DNA of 37,588 nt from Nemertoderma westbladi (lineage: Eukaryota; Animalia; Xenacoelomorpha). The stretch is from positions 1 through 37,588 of the forward strand of contig JAUCBJ010004692.1 of assembly GCA_032718475.1 (NCBI GenBank), read 5' to 3'. The first letter of the stretch is position 1. Each line of letters begins with the position of its first letter. A program made the position numbers and the translations under genes. The notes under the pieces were generated by a model. The model searched no databases, was not told the DNA's origin, and saw only the letters and a program-made list of their open reading frames with translations. Below are positions 23,211-33,300 of this stretch, one piece after another.

Positions 23211-24049
23211 CTGGAACGAAGACGGTGGAATCTATAGGCCTAAACCTGGAACAATGCGAACAAGGCTACTCTAAAGTTAGACAAGACTGGTTTGTGAGAT
23301 TAACTTGCCAATACTAACTCAATACAATTTGCTTTCTTCGAATTCCTAATAATATATTTTAATCTTATGGATAAGATTGCTAAAGACTAAAGAGCTAACT
23401 TTAGGAAGATCTGCCTTATATTTTTAGAATTATTATAATTAATTTTGTTATGTTTATAATGAATTGTATCTTTTGACAGACTACTTGATGTGCGACCGTG
23501 ATAATAAAATTAAATGGTGCCATATTTTCACTTACTTAACTGCAGGGGGGGGGGGGGGGGGGGGAATCAATATTCTTCCCTCTCCAGGTGAAAATCGACG
23601 CAAATAACAGCTTGTTTACTACTAAAATAAAACTGCATCCTGTTCTATAGGAAAAAACATTATAGGGGAAACTTTAGCAAGTTGTGTTTATTTTAGCCGA
23701 TAGACAAGATTACATGTTTACCAAGTTTGGTATAATTTAGTCAAAGATTGAATAAGTTACGATTTTAAATTATCAGTGGAGGGTGAAGGCGCCGGGCCAG
23801 GATTCAGTTATACTTGAATAAAGAATAGTGATTAAACCAAGGGATACGCGATATATGACTCTGCTGTATAAGTTCATTGAATGACTGTTGATTTCGAAAC
23901 ATTTAATTCAAAACTATATAAATGTTAATATAATGTTGGATTTTTTTTTGTAGTAATTATATAACAGATGAATTATATTTCATTAATTTATTTTTTTTAT
24001 CTAATCACATTATTAAATAACGAAGCAGAGAAATAATACTAAGATTGAA

Positions 24050-24289
24050 TATTTAATTGAAGGTACAGTACCGAATTGAATATTTGAATGGGAGAATCTT
24101 TTAGGCTCGTTAAGCCAAGGAATGCCTGTTCACCACCATGGGTGATCTTCCACAATAAACCCTTCCACTCTGTTTCCCAAGTTGCCTTGGTTCCCAATCG
24201 ACCACTGAAGGATGACAGCCGGGGTTGGGCTAGGCTGCAGCATTTAAAGCACTGTGCCCAAACAGTACTGCCCCATCTAGGGATCGAAC
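24050..24289 (-). mobile_element. 5'-truncated tRNA-SINE
   Basis: The - strand begins with B box GTTCGATCCC, then TTTGGGCACAGTGCTTTAA (resembles a common SINE central-domain motif), and ends in ATTCAA-type repeats. Confidence 0.5.
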
Positions 24290-24325
24290 ATTGAATATTT
24301 GAGATTGCATAATGCATAAGATAGA

Positions 24326-24720
24326 GTATTGAATATTGAATATCTTCGGCCGTCTCGACAGTTTCGATTGGTTTCGGCTCTTCAGTCCCCGAATAGACCG
24401 ATGGTCGGCGTGGTTGCTGTCCCCATGAGTGAGGCTGCATTACCAACCAAAATTGCCATCTCCAGGCGTTCGAGCAGAAACTGGTGTGACCGCGGTTCGT
24501 GGGTGGCACTGTGGAGACGAGCCCCGATCTCCCGGAGGAAGGTGGGTGTCTCTGGACCAGGGCGGCCAATGGTATCAAAGGCCACGCTGCCACGGGTTGA
24601 AATAAATGGCCCCGGTCCATTTGGTCGCGATACTTAGAGTTTTTAATGCGCTCCGCCCCCTTAGCTGAGTGCCCCTCGGCAATGATGGTTTGTTGAAGGT
24701 GGCTGGGGGACAGTGGATCT
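24326..24720 (-). mobile_element. 3' fragment of a CRE-like LINE (restriction-like endonuclease C-terminus), frameshifted
   Basis: DPLSPSHL..GHSAKGAERIKNSKY..FQPVA / FDTIGRPG..FLREIGARL..THEPRSHQFLLERLEMAILVGNAASLMGT is the characteristic end of RLE-bearing CRE-type elements. (TTCAATA)n tail. Confidence 0.8.
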
Positions 24721-26049
24721 AGTAATAATTAACGCAAAGATATGATTAGGTAGGCCTACGTGATATTACTGTATTAATTTCTCAAACCAAACCTCCATTG
24801 ACGTCAAATATATCCAATTTCTCAATCCATACTAATCCGTATGTAATAATGCAGTAATGTACACTGTAATGCAATACCGGTAATGTCAACTGGTCAATGT
24901 CCAACCAAACAATGCGTTGAGTGTTATCGGACCAGCCTCCGAGAAATGTTAGGCTAACGGCACCTCGCTCTGTCGCATCAGTTTTTGTAGTGGTCAGGTG
25001 GTCTAGTCCCAGGCTACCAGAATCCGTTAGGCCTAGTGCATGATATATAATCAGCAGATCCTGACATCTGTGCAACTCCTGAACTCACGCGAGCATTTTA
25101 CAGATGGTGGTCTAATTTATATGGTCTTGTACCGCGAAACCGTGTATTATTTACAGATGTAGGCTCAATTTTGGGTCTTGTACCGTGCACAGTACTGGTG
25201 GGCCTACACAGCTACTGCTATTTTGCCTAATACAGGTCCCAGGGGTAAATCCTTACCCCACAGGCTGTTACCTCTCTGACTGACAGTGGACAGCGCAACA
25301 GCCCTCTCTCCCAATCGGGGGGTTCGGGGGGCCCTAACGCCGCCACTGCCTACAGGTACTACTACAGTAGTAGGCCTAATAATACTACTGTACTGTAGAG
25401 TTGTAGATTAGTAGTAGTCCTTTGTTCTTTACTGAAATTAATAACCTTTGTAAGCTTAATGTACGCATTGCTGCACAATTGCACAACATCAGATATATTG
25501 TTGGTCGGTAATATAGTATAGACTCGGCGATATTTGCGATCAGTTATTACATAATAGAAAAACTCCTACTCTCCCCTACAATCAGTTAAAATTTTAGTAA
25601 ATCAGTTTAAAATATATTAAAATCTGCTAACCGGCATATTAAAATGTGTGTAAAATTACATAAATTGACACAGGTTAAAAGGAAATGCGAAATCGTATAG
25701 CGATAAATAAAATAATGTGATTTAAAATTGTCTAAAGAACGGCATATTTTAAAAACATCATAATTGGCACAACAAAAGTAAAAAAGTGCATTTATAGTTA
25801 TTCATATTCTTCCTTGAAAAGGAAAGTTTTCAGGCGAGATTTGAGAGTAGTACCGTGACATTCTGATCTGACAGGACAGTAACAAGTTAGTAATGTAATA
25901 TACCGTCATGGCATACTGCAGTACTGGAATACGAACAAGACTGTACCGGTAAGCGGGTGTAAGCTGGTAAGAATGTAAGATGTCATGTTATCTGCAATAG
26001 TAACTACAGAACTACAATTGATTCCCTGCAATTATTGGGTGTTTATTTA

Positions 26050-27603
26050 ATGAACTGTTGTGTTCGTGTTACCCAAATCAACTATGAGTTAGTAACGGTG
26101 ATGTTATCCCAACTCTCTGTCATAATAAACAGCGTGGGCATAATATTGACGACGCTATTGGCAACAATCTGCGGAGTTGTGAGCTCCGTTTATCATGTTA
26201 TCACTACATGCGGTATACCAGTAGTACGTCTTGTATTTGATTACGGCGTTTTAATTTCAAGAGATATTCTTCGAATTGTTGTTTATATTCTAAGTAAAAC
26301 TGGTGTATTTCTAAGTTATTTACATAATTCCGTTATTTATACAGCTAAGAGTTTGCTGAATACGGCGGACGAGAATCTGGAAGGATGTTCTGGTTCACCC
26401 AAAGACGAGTGCGGTACGATTTCGTATCGACTTCCATACATACATGAGATCGAACCACAAAAATCGAATTACGAAGAAAATCGATCTTTTACACAAATTC
26501 TACACGAATTTATATCTCAGATAAACGATTTCTTATATTCTTGCGGTGCCTATCTGTTAGAATTGACGACTAGAATACTCCAAACCGCATTCGATGGCTT
26601 TTACAGTTTTTTAGCGAATACATTAACGGCAATTTATCAGCTATTATCGAATTTATTAGATGTTTCATCGACATTCGTAAACGACTTCGCGATATTGCTG
26701 CAGGACAACGCTATTATTCTGTATTCCACTGTCATCGATAAACTCGTTTCGATTATCGCTTATTGTCAGGAAGAATTATCCGCCTTTGTCTCGAACGCGC
26801 GACATCGATTGCGGGTTTTATCCGGCGAGTTGGCGATAAAGTTAATCGAATACCTCGAGAGTTTTACTCAATACTGCGGTGTTTGCATTGTGGTTATCTA
26901 CAACGCCATTATCGACGCCTTAATTCGCTTAGTCGCTTATATTGGCGAACGTTTGGGGTTTATTTTCCAGTGGATTATTTCTAATTGTAATAATTTTGTT
27001 TCATATTTTTTATTTTTCGTTACAAAAACTTTCGATTTGGTTATTACTGCCGCTATCAGTTTCATAAACTTTTTATTTACAGCCTTATATTTGGGATTGG
27101 CTAATATTTTTGCCCTTTTTTCTTATATCCCGCTCCCCAGTTTTTATACCGCCGGTATTTTTTTACTGGCCTTTTGTTTACTTATCGTTGTATTTTCTGT
27201 TATCGAGAAGGTGTTGTCTAGACTACAACCGACCCCTTACCGTCACCACCTCGCGGTAACTGGGGAACAATTAGCGAACACATTGGAAGAAACTCCAGCC
27301 CCGCACTACTCACGGCTTCCGTTGCTAAGCGGCGGGGATTCCTTGCTTAGCAACGGGGCCTCCGCGACGGACCATCCAGACGGGACCGAGGAACTAAGAC
27401 GACTTCGTCTGCAACTCCAGGAGCGAGTGGACCAGAACCTCTGCAGTATTTGTCTGGACCACGACAAGTGTGTGGTCCTACTGCCCTGCACGCATCTCTG
27501 TGTTTGTCGGCTCTGTGCGTCGGAGATCGTCCGTCCGTCCAACACCCAGCAGTGTCCGTTGTGTCGGTCTCCGATACGACAGTATCTGACCGTCAATTCG
27601 TAA
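26050..27603 (+). CDS. RNF26: RNF26-like multi-pass membrane RING E3 ubiquitin ligase, single exon (start ATG 26050 or 26101)
   Basis: Long hydrophobic/amphipathic helical N-terminus with TM segments, then LQLQER..CSICLD..KCVVLLPCTHLCVCRLC..CPLCRSPI at the extreme C-terminus, which is the RNF26 architecture. AATAAA at ~27725 and ~27814. Confidence 0.85.
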   Translation: MNCCVRVTQINYELVTVMLSQLSVIINSVGIILTTLLATICGVVSSVYHVITTCGIPVVRLVFDYGVLISRDILRIVVYILSKTGVFLSYLHNSVIYTAKSLLNTADENLEGCSGSPKDECGTISYRLPYIHEIEPQKSNYEENRSFTQILHEFISQINDFLYSCGAYLLELTTRILQTAFDGFYSFLANTLTAIYQLLSNLLDVSSTFVNDFAILLQDNAIILYSTVIDKLVSIIAYCQEELSAFVSNARHRLRVLSGELAIKLIEYLESFTQYCGVCIVVIYNAIIDALIRLVAYIGERLGFIFQWIISNCNNFVSYFLFFVTKTFDLVITAAISFINFLFTALYLGLANIFALFSYIPLPSFYTAGIFLLAFCLLIVVFSVIEKVLSRLQPTPYRHHLAVTGEQLANTLEETPAPHYSRLPLLSGGDSLLSNGASATDHPDGTEELRRLRLQLQERVDQNLCSICLDHDKCVVLLPCTHLCVCRLCASEIVRPSNTQQCPLCRSPIRQYLTVNS

Positions 27604-28627
27604 TTATTGCCTTTCGGTATTCGTTTGTCTATATATTTTTAACAAAATGTTCGTATTACCGGTAAAAAAATATGAAATTACTGTGATTTTCTATTGAAAA
27701 ATAGAATTTTAGATGTTTAAAAGAAATAAGAGATCCGCGAAACATTTCAATTCCTTAGTAACTTGTCTGGAGCTGCTCATTTGTGATAGACTGGACTGGA
27801 TTGCCAAACGTTTAATAAAGTTGACTGACTTTCCTCCGCCCTTCCCTTCCGTGGTTTGACGTTCAACACCCGACACGATATTTATTTTCGATATATTCTG
27901 GTATAAATTATTTTTAAGAATATTAATTGCCGTATTTATTTACAGAGTCTACCTGAGTAGCTTCGGTCCAGTGGGACAATCATCTAACTTTGCAACGTGC
28001 TGTGCGTATCTCAACACTTGTAATTCAATCTGAGCAAAACGAAGTTGTAATGCAAAATTAATTCGCAATTCACCAAAAGTAAATTGATGTGATTCTAAAT
28101 TATCTCGCTCAGCAACAAAACGCTAAGTCCACTACATTTATTGAATTTAATCAATACACCACAGTGACAGTACATACATAAATCATTACATCACTTGTAG
28201 CTCAGTACTAGTAACTGTACTAGTAACCATTTACACTTCTCAGCTTGCCTTTTATAAATAACCATAATAATATCCCCAGTCAACAACTATTAAATCGTAT
28301 AACTAAAAAAAATCAAAATTCCAAAAACTAAAACCAACACCGGATTTAATAGTATCGCTACAAGTATGGCACGCATTTAGAATCTCATAGATAAAAAATT
28401 CCGAAGCATTTTAAACTTTAAAATACATATAACAATTTAATAAAAAAAATGTATCACTCAAAATTCGAATCAGATGCTGTCACTTAAATTAAAAATAAAA
28501 TAGCGCTATACTTATGATTAACAAAAACATATCTATATTATTTGTGCTCCAATTTAGTGCCACCTAACTAGAAAATTATAGGGATTACTAAGTACTGTAG
28601 TTTACAGAGGTGTACGTACAGTACTAA

Positions 28628-28934
28628 CACGTTCGTGGGCTCTTCGCGCAGCACGAAGTGAGCAAAGCCTTTAGCATATGGGTACCATTAACGAGTCAAT
28701 TAACTTCAACACAATACTCGTCCTCATCTTGTGCCTCGTTGCGTTCGTTCGTTTTTGACGAAGCTTCAGATTCTTTCTAAACTTTTGACGGACTACATAC
28801 ATACCAAGTTTCGTTTAATTTCATCAAGGAATAACCGAGTTAATAGCGATCAAAAATTTACGACGACGACAGACAACTCGCCAATGGCACCCGTATGCTA
28901 AGGCTTCGCTCACTTCGTGGCTCGCCCCACAGTG
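28628..28934. mobile_element. ~307-bp non-autonomous element with CAC...GTG ends and subterminal inverted repeats (CMC/Chapaev-like or Helentron-type)
   Basis: 28652-28689 is the ~37-bp imperfect reverse complement of 28883-28919. The left terminal hairpin motif is shared with 9285-9314. Internal CCAAGTTTCG and (CGA)n. No clear TSD. Confidence 0.7.
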
Positions 28935-28979
28935 TAGGCCTAAATTAAAATTACTGTATTTATGGTAGATGTTTGTGTG

Positions 28980-29126
28980 TTACGTAGGTAACTGTATATC
29001 TGGAGAGTCTGCTGACGCCTATTGCCGCCAATCATCAGCTGCATATGGGGTGCTGCCCTCCGCGCGGCCTCCAAATTTTACTTTGGAGTTTCAGCCAATA
29101 AAATAAATAATAATAATAATAATAAC
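28980..29126 (+). mobile_element. Probable LINE/SINE 3' end with (AAT)n tail
   Basis: GC-richer segment with the hairpin CTCCAAA..TTTGGAG, followed by AATAAAATAAATAATAATAATAATAATAA. Confidence 0.45.
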
Positions 29127-29189
29127 CATATTCAGGAGCTCTTTGTTATGTATGAATAGCTACGTAAAATAGTAATATTGCATTGTTGT

Positions 29190-29575
29190 TCAGCAGAGGA
29201 TACCAAATCACTGGATGGCACATTCACAACAATGCTGCTCCAGGTTCACTGTGTCAAGTACTGTACAATGCACACATCTCCAACCAGACACTATATAACA
29301 TTGGAGGTGTCTCATTGGTTCCCCCAAGCTTGACACTAGAACAAAATCGCCTCCGCTTTGCAGGACATTGCTTTCGCCGTGAGGACCAGCCAGTGCATAA
29401 TCTTGTACTTTGGCAGCCTCATGGAGTGAATACGCATGGTGGACAGCCCATGACTTTCTTGAGACGCATCTTAAAGGACACTGGCCTTGAAGATGCGGAT
29501 GATCTAGCAAATGTCATGGGTGATAGGGAGTTGGGGCGGAAACATTTTGTCGACAAGCCGGCACAGCATTCTTAA
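29190..29575 (+). mobile_element. Second, shorter copy of the RTE LINE 3' end (frameshifted)
   Basis: High DNA and protein identity to the reverse complement of 17423-~17805 (YNAHISNQTLYNIGG...FVDKPAQHS*). Ends at the stop codon, followed by (TA)n. Confidence 0.92.
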
Positions 29576-29609
29576 TATATATGCAATATATATATATAGA
29601 TATATATAG

Positions 29610-30003
29610 ACCGAAATGTCACACCATATGTATAATGGTAATAAACGCCTCTGATTCAAAAGTGTTTAAATCGGTTGAGTTGGGTAAAACGTTTGTGATT
29701 CGGCATAAATTAAACTGTAATTCTACTAATATAATATATCTTGTATTTTGTGAATCCTGTGAATTACAAGGGGTGAGTTCAACTAAACTTTTTGCCAAGG
29801 TTGCGTAACTAAATCACACATAAGGCACAGTAAACATAAAAAATACTTGTTGCATTGCGTGTCATTTCATTGACTTTCACGACTCTTGTTTTTCGAGTCT
29901 GAAATTTACTTTGATAGATAAAGTGACGGACAATTCATTGCAATTGGCGAAATCTAAACAATTGTGGATTGTGACGCTTTTAACGAATCTGAAGGGCATG
30001 AAC
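29610..30003 (+). pseudogene. Penelope-like element GIY-YIG endonuclease remnant
   Basis: CHTIC..F.S..GKTFVIRHKLNCNSTNIIYLVFCESCELQGV..., then in shifted frames IACHFIDFH..LKFTLID..WIVTL..GMN, matching the PLE endonuclease pattern. Stops and frameshifts are present. Confidence 0.8.
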
Positions 30004-30193
30004 TCTTCTCATGTTTTTATTAAATGTCGGACGGATTAATGAGTAACAAAACACTGAGTAGGGCGCGTCTCGCCCCATTTTTTCACTTTTGAGCGACCAT
30101 AATAATCGTTTTTATGACATTTTTGACATTTGACCGCAAACACAAAATAAATTTTAGTGAGTTTGAAAAATTTATTTAATTTAAATAAAAACA

Positions 30194-30247
30194 TTAAGGG
30201 AAAGGAGCAGGTTACAGTGGCAGTATTTTCTAACCAAAACAATAAAC
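30194..30247 (+). repeat. Dispersed repeat end TTAA|GGGAAAGGAGCA.., second copy at 14504-14557 (possible Kolobok-type terminus)
   Basis: TTAAGGGAAAGGAGCA(G/T)GTTACAG...AACCAAAACAATAAAC is collinear in both places, and similarity starts at TTAA. Confidence 0.6.
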
Positions 30248-30364
30248 TATACATTATTTCACTTGCGGTCAATTTGCGCTGAAGATCACGATTTTCGCTT
30301 GCGGTCAAAGTGCGCCACTATCTGCAAATTTAAGGTAATTAGGAAACCGAAATTAGTAAGAAAG

Positions 30365-33300
30365 TGAGTAGCACTGGTTGCAGTCTATCTATGAGTAGCA
30401 CTGGTTGCAGTCTATCTATGAGTAGCACTGGTTGCAGTCTATCTATGAGTAGCACTGGTTGCAGTCTATCTATGAGTAGCACTGGTTGCAGTCTATCTAT
30501 GAGTAGCGCTGGTTGCAGTCTATCTATGAGTAGCACTGGTTGCAGTCTATCTATGAGTAGCACTGGTTGCAGTCTATCTATGAGTAGCACTGGTTGCAGT
30601 CTATCTATGAGTAGCACTGGTTGCAGTCTATCTATGAGTAGCACTGGTTGCAGTCTATCTATGAGTAGCACTGGTTGCAGTCTATCTATGAGTAGCACTG
30701 GTTGTAGTCTATCTATGAGTAGCACTGGTTGCAGTCTATCTATGAGTAGCACTGGTTGCAGTCTATCTATGAGTAGCACTGGTTGCAGTCTATCTATGAG
30801 TAGCACTGGTTGCAGTCTATCTATGAGTAGCACTGGTTGCAGTCTATCTATGAGTAGCACTGGTTGCAGTCTATCTATGAAGAAACTGGTTGCAGTCTAT
30901 CTATGAGTAGCACTGGTTGCAGTCTATCTATGAGTAGCACTGGTTGCAGTCTATCTATGAGTAGCACTGGTTGCAGTCTATCTATGAGTAGCACTGGTTG
31001 CAGTCTATCTATGAGTAGCACTGGTTGCAGTCTATCTATGAGTAGCACTGGTTGCAGTCTATCTATGAGTAGCACTGGTTGCAGTCTATCTATGAGTAGC
31101 ACTGGTTGCAGTCTATCTATGAGTAGCACTGGTTGCAGTCTATCTATGAGTAGCACTGGTTGCAGTCTATCTATGAGTAGCACTGGTTGCAGTCTATCTA
31201 TGAGTAGCACTGGTTGCAGTCTATCTATGAGTAGCACTGGTTGCAGTCTATCTATGAGTAGCACTGGTTGCAGTCTATCTATGAGTAGCACTGGTTGCAG
31301 TCTATCTATCAGTAGCACTGGTTGCAGTCTATCTATGAGTAGCACTGGTTGCAGTCTATCTATGAGTAGCACTGGTTGCAGTCTATCTATGAGTAGCACT
31401 GGTTGCAGTCTATCTATGAGTAGCACTGGTTGCAGTCTATCTATGAGTAGCACTGGTTGCAGTCTATCTATGAGTAGCACTGGTTGCAGTCTATCTATGA
31501 GTAGCACTGGTTGCAGTCTATCTATGAGTAGCACTGGTTGCAGTCTATCTATGAGTAGCACTGGTTGCAGTCTATCTATGAGTAGCACTGGTTGCAGTCT
31601 ATCTATGAGTAGCACTGGTTGCAGTCTATCTATGAGTAGCACTGGTTGCAGTCTATCTATGAGTAGCACTGGTTGCAGTCTATCTATGAGTAGCACTGGT
31701 TGCAGTCTATCTATGAGTAGCACTGGTTGCAGTCTATCTATGAGTAGCACTGGTTGCAGTCTATCTATGAGTAGCACTGGTTGCAGTCTATCTATGAGTA
31801 GCACTGGTTGCAGTCTATCTATGAGTAGCACTGGTTGCAGTCTATCTATGAGTAGCACTGGTTGCAGTCTATCTATGAGTAGCACTGGTTGCAGTCTATC
31901 TATGAGTAGCACTGGTTGCAGTCTATCTATGAGTAGCACTGGTTGCAGTCTATCTATGAGTAGCACTGGTTGCAGTCTATCTATGAGTAGCACTGGTTGC
32001 AGTCTATCTATGAGTAGCACTGGTTGCAGTCTATCTATGAGTAGCACTGGTTGCAGTCTATCTATGAGTAGCACTGGTTGCAGTCTATCTATGAGTAGCA
32101 CTGGTTGCAGTCTATCTATGAGTAGCACTGGTTGCAGTCTATCTATGAGTAGCACTGGTTGCAGTCTATCTATGAGTAGCACTGGTTGCAGTCTATCTAT
32201 GAGTAGCACTGGTTGCAGTCTATCTATGAGTAGCACTGGTTGCAGTCTATCTATGAGTAGCACTGGTTGCAGTCTATCTATGAGTAGCACTGGTTGCAGT
32301 CTATCTATGAGTAGCACTGGTTGCAGTCTATCTATGAGTAGCACTGGTTGCAGTCTATCTATGAGTAGCACTGGTTGCAGTCTATCTATGAGTAGCACTG
32401 GTTGCAGTCTATCTATGAGTAGCACTGGTTGCAGTCTATCTATGAGTAGCACTGGTTGCAGTCTATCTATGAGTAGCACTGGTTGCAGTCTATCTATGAG
32501 TAGCACTGGTTGCAGTCTATCTATGAGTAGCACTGGTTGCAGTCTATCTATGAGTAGCACTGGTTGCAGTCTATCTATGAGTAGCACTGGTTGCAGTCTA
32601 TCTATGAGTAGCACTGGTTGCAGTCTATCTATGAGTAGCACTGGTTGCAGTCTATCTATGAGTAGCACTGGTTGCAGTCTATCTATGAGTAGCACTGGTT
32701 GCAGTCTATCTATGAGTAGCACTGGTTGCAGTCTATCTATGAGTAGCACTGGTTGCAGTCTATCTATGAGTAGCACTGGTTGCAGTCTATCTATGAGTAG
32801 CACTGGTTGCAGTCTATCTATGAGTAGCACTGGTTGCAGTCTATCTATGAGTAGCACTGGTTGCAGTCTATCTATGAGTAGCACTGGTTGCAGTCTATCT
32901 ATGAGTAGCACTGGTTGCAGTCTATCTATGAGTAGCACTGGTTGCAGTCTATCTATGAGTAGCACTGGTTGCAGTCTATCTATGAGTAGCACTGGTTGCA
33001 GTCTATCTATGAGTAGCACTGGTTGCAGTCTATCTATGAGTAGCACTGGTTGCAGTCTATCTATGAGTAGCACTGGTTGCAGTCTATCTATGAGTAGCAC
33101 TGGTTGCAGTCTATCTATGAGTAGCACTGGTTGCAGTCTATCTATGAGTAGCACTGGTTGCAGTCTATCTATGAGTAGCACTGGTTGCAGTCTATCTATG
33201 AGTAGCACTGGTTGCAGTCTATCTATGAGTAGCACTGGTTGCAGTCTATCTATGAGTAGCACTGGTTGCAGTCTATCTATGAGTAGCACTGGTTGCAGTC

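Larger units (their letters stand above)
22493..25309. mobile_element. Non-autonomous element with ~65-bp TIRs and 8-9-bp TSD (MULE-like), inserted in the hAT subterminal region
   Basis: GGGCTGTTGCGCTGTC..AGTCAGAGAGGTAACAGCC..TGGGGTAAGGATTTACCC at the left end is inverted at 25238-25309. CCCAATCGG occurs at 22484-22492 and 25310-25318. Confidence 0.85.
18830..25348 (-). mobile_element. Left arm of a hAT/Tip100-like transposon, fragmented by nested insertions
   Basis: Terminus reads CAGTGGCGGCGTTAGGGCCCCCC on the - strand from 25348. GGGGCCC subterminal repeats at 25325-25335 continue at 22363-22492 across an insertion. The transposase start lies downstream at 18972. The other end was not found. 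Confidence 0.55.

Noticed and set aside
23545-23565. Long poly-G run as a G-quadruplex regulatory element
   Set aside because: It lies inside nested TE sequence with no other support, and its length may be unreliable.
26035-26049. TTG start given in the ORF track
   Set aside because: This is a eukaryotic gene; the in-frame ATGs at 26050 and 26101 are more plausible.
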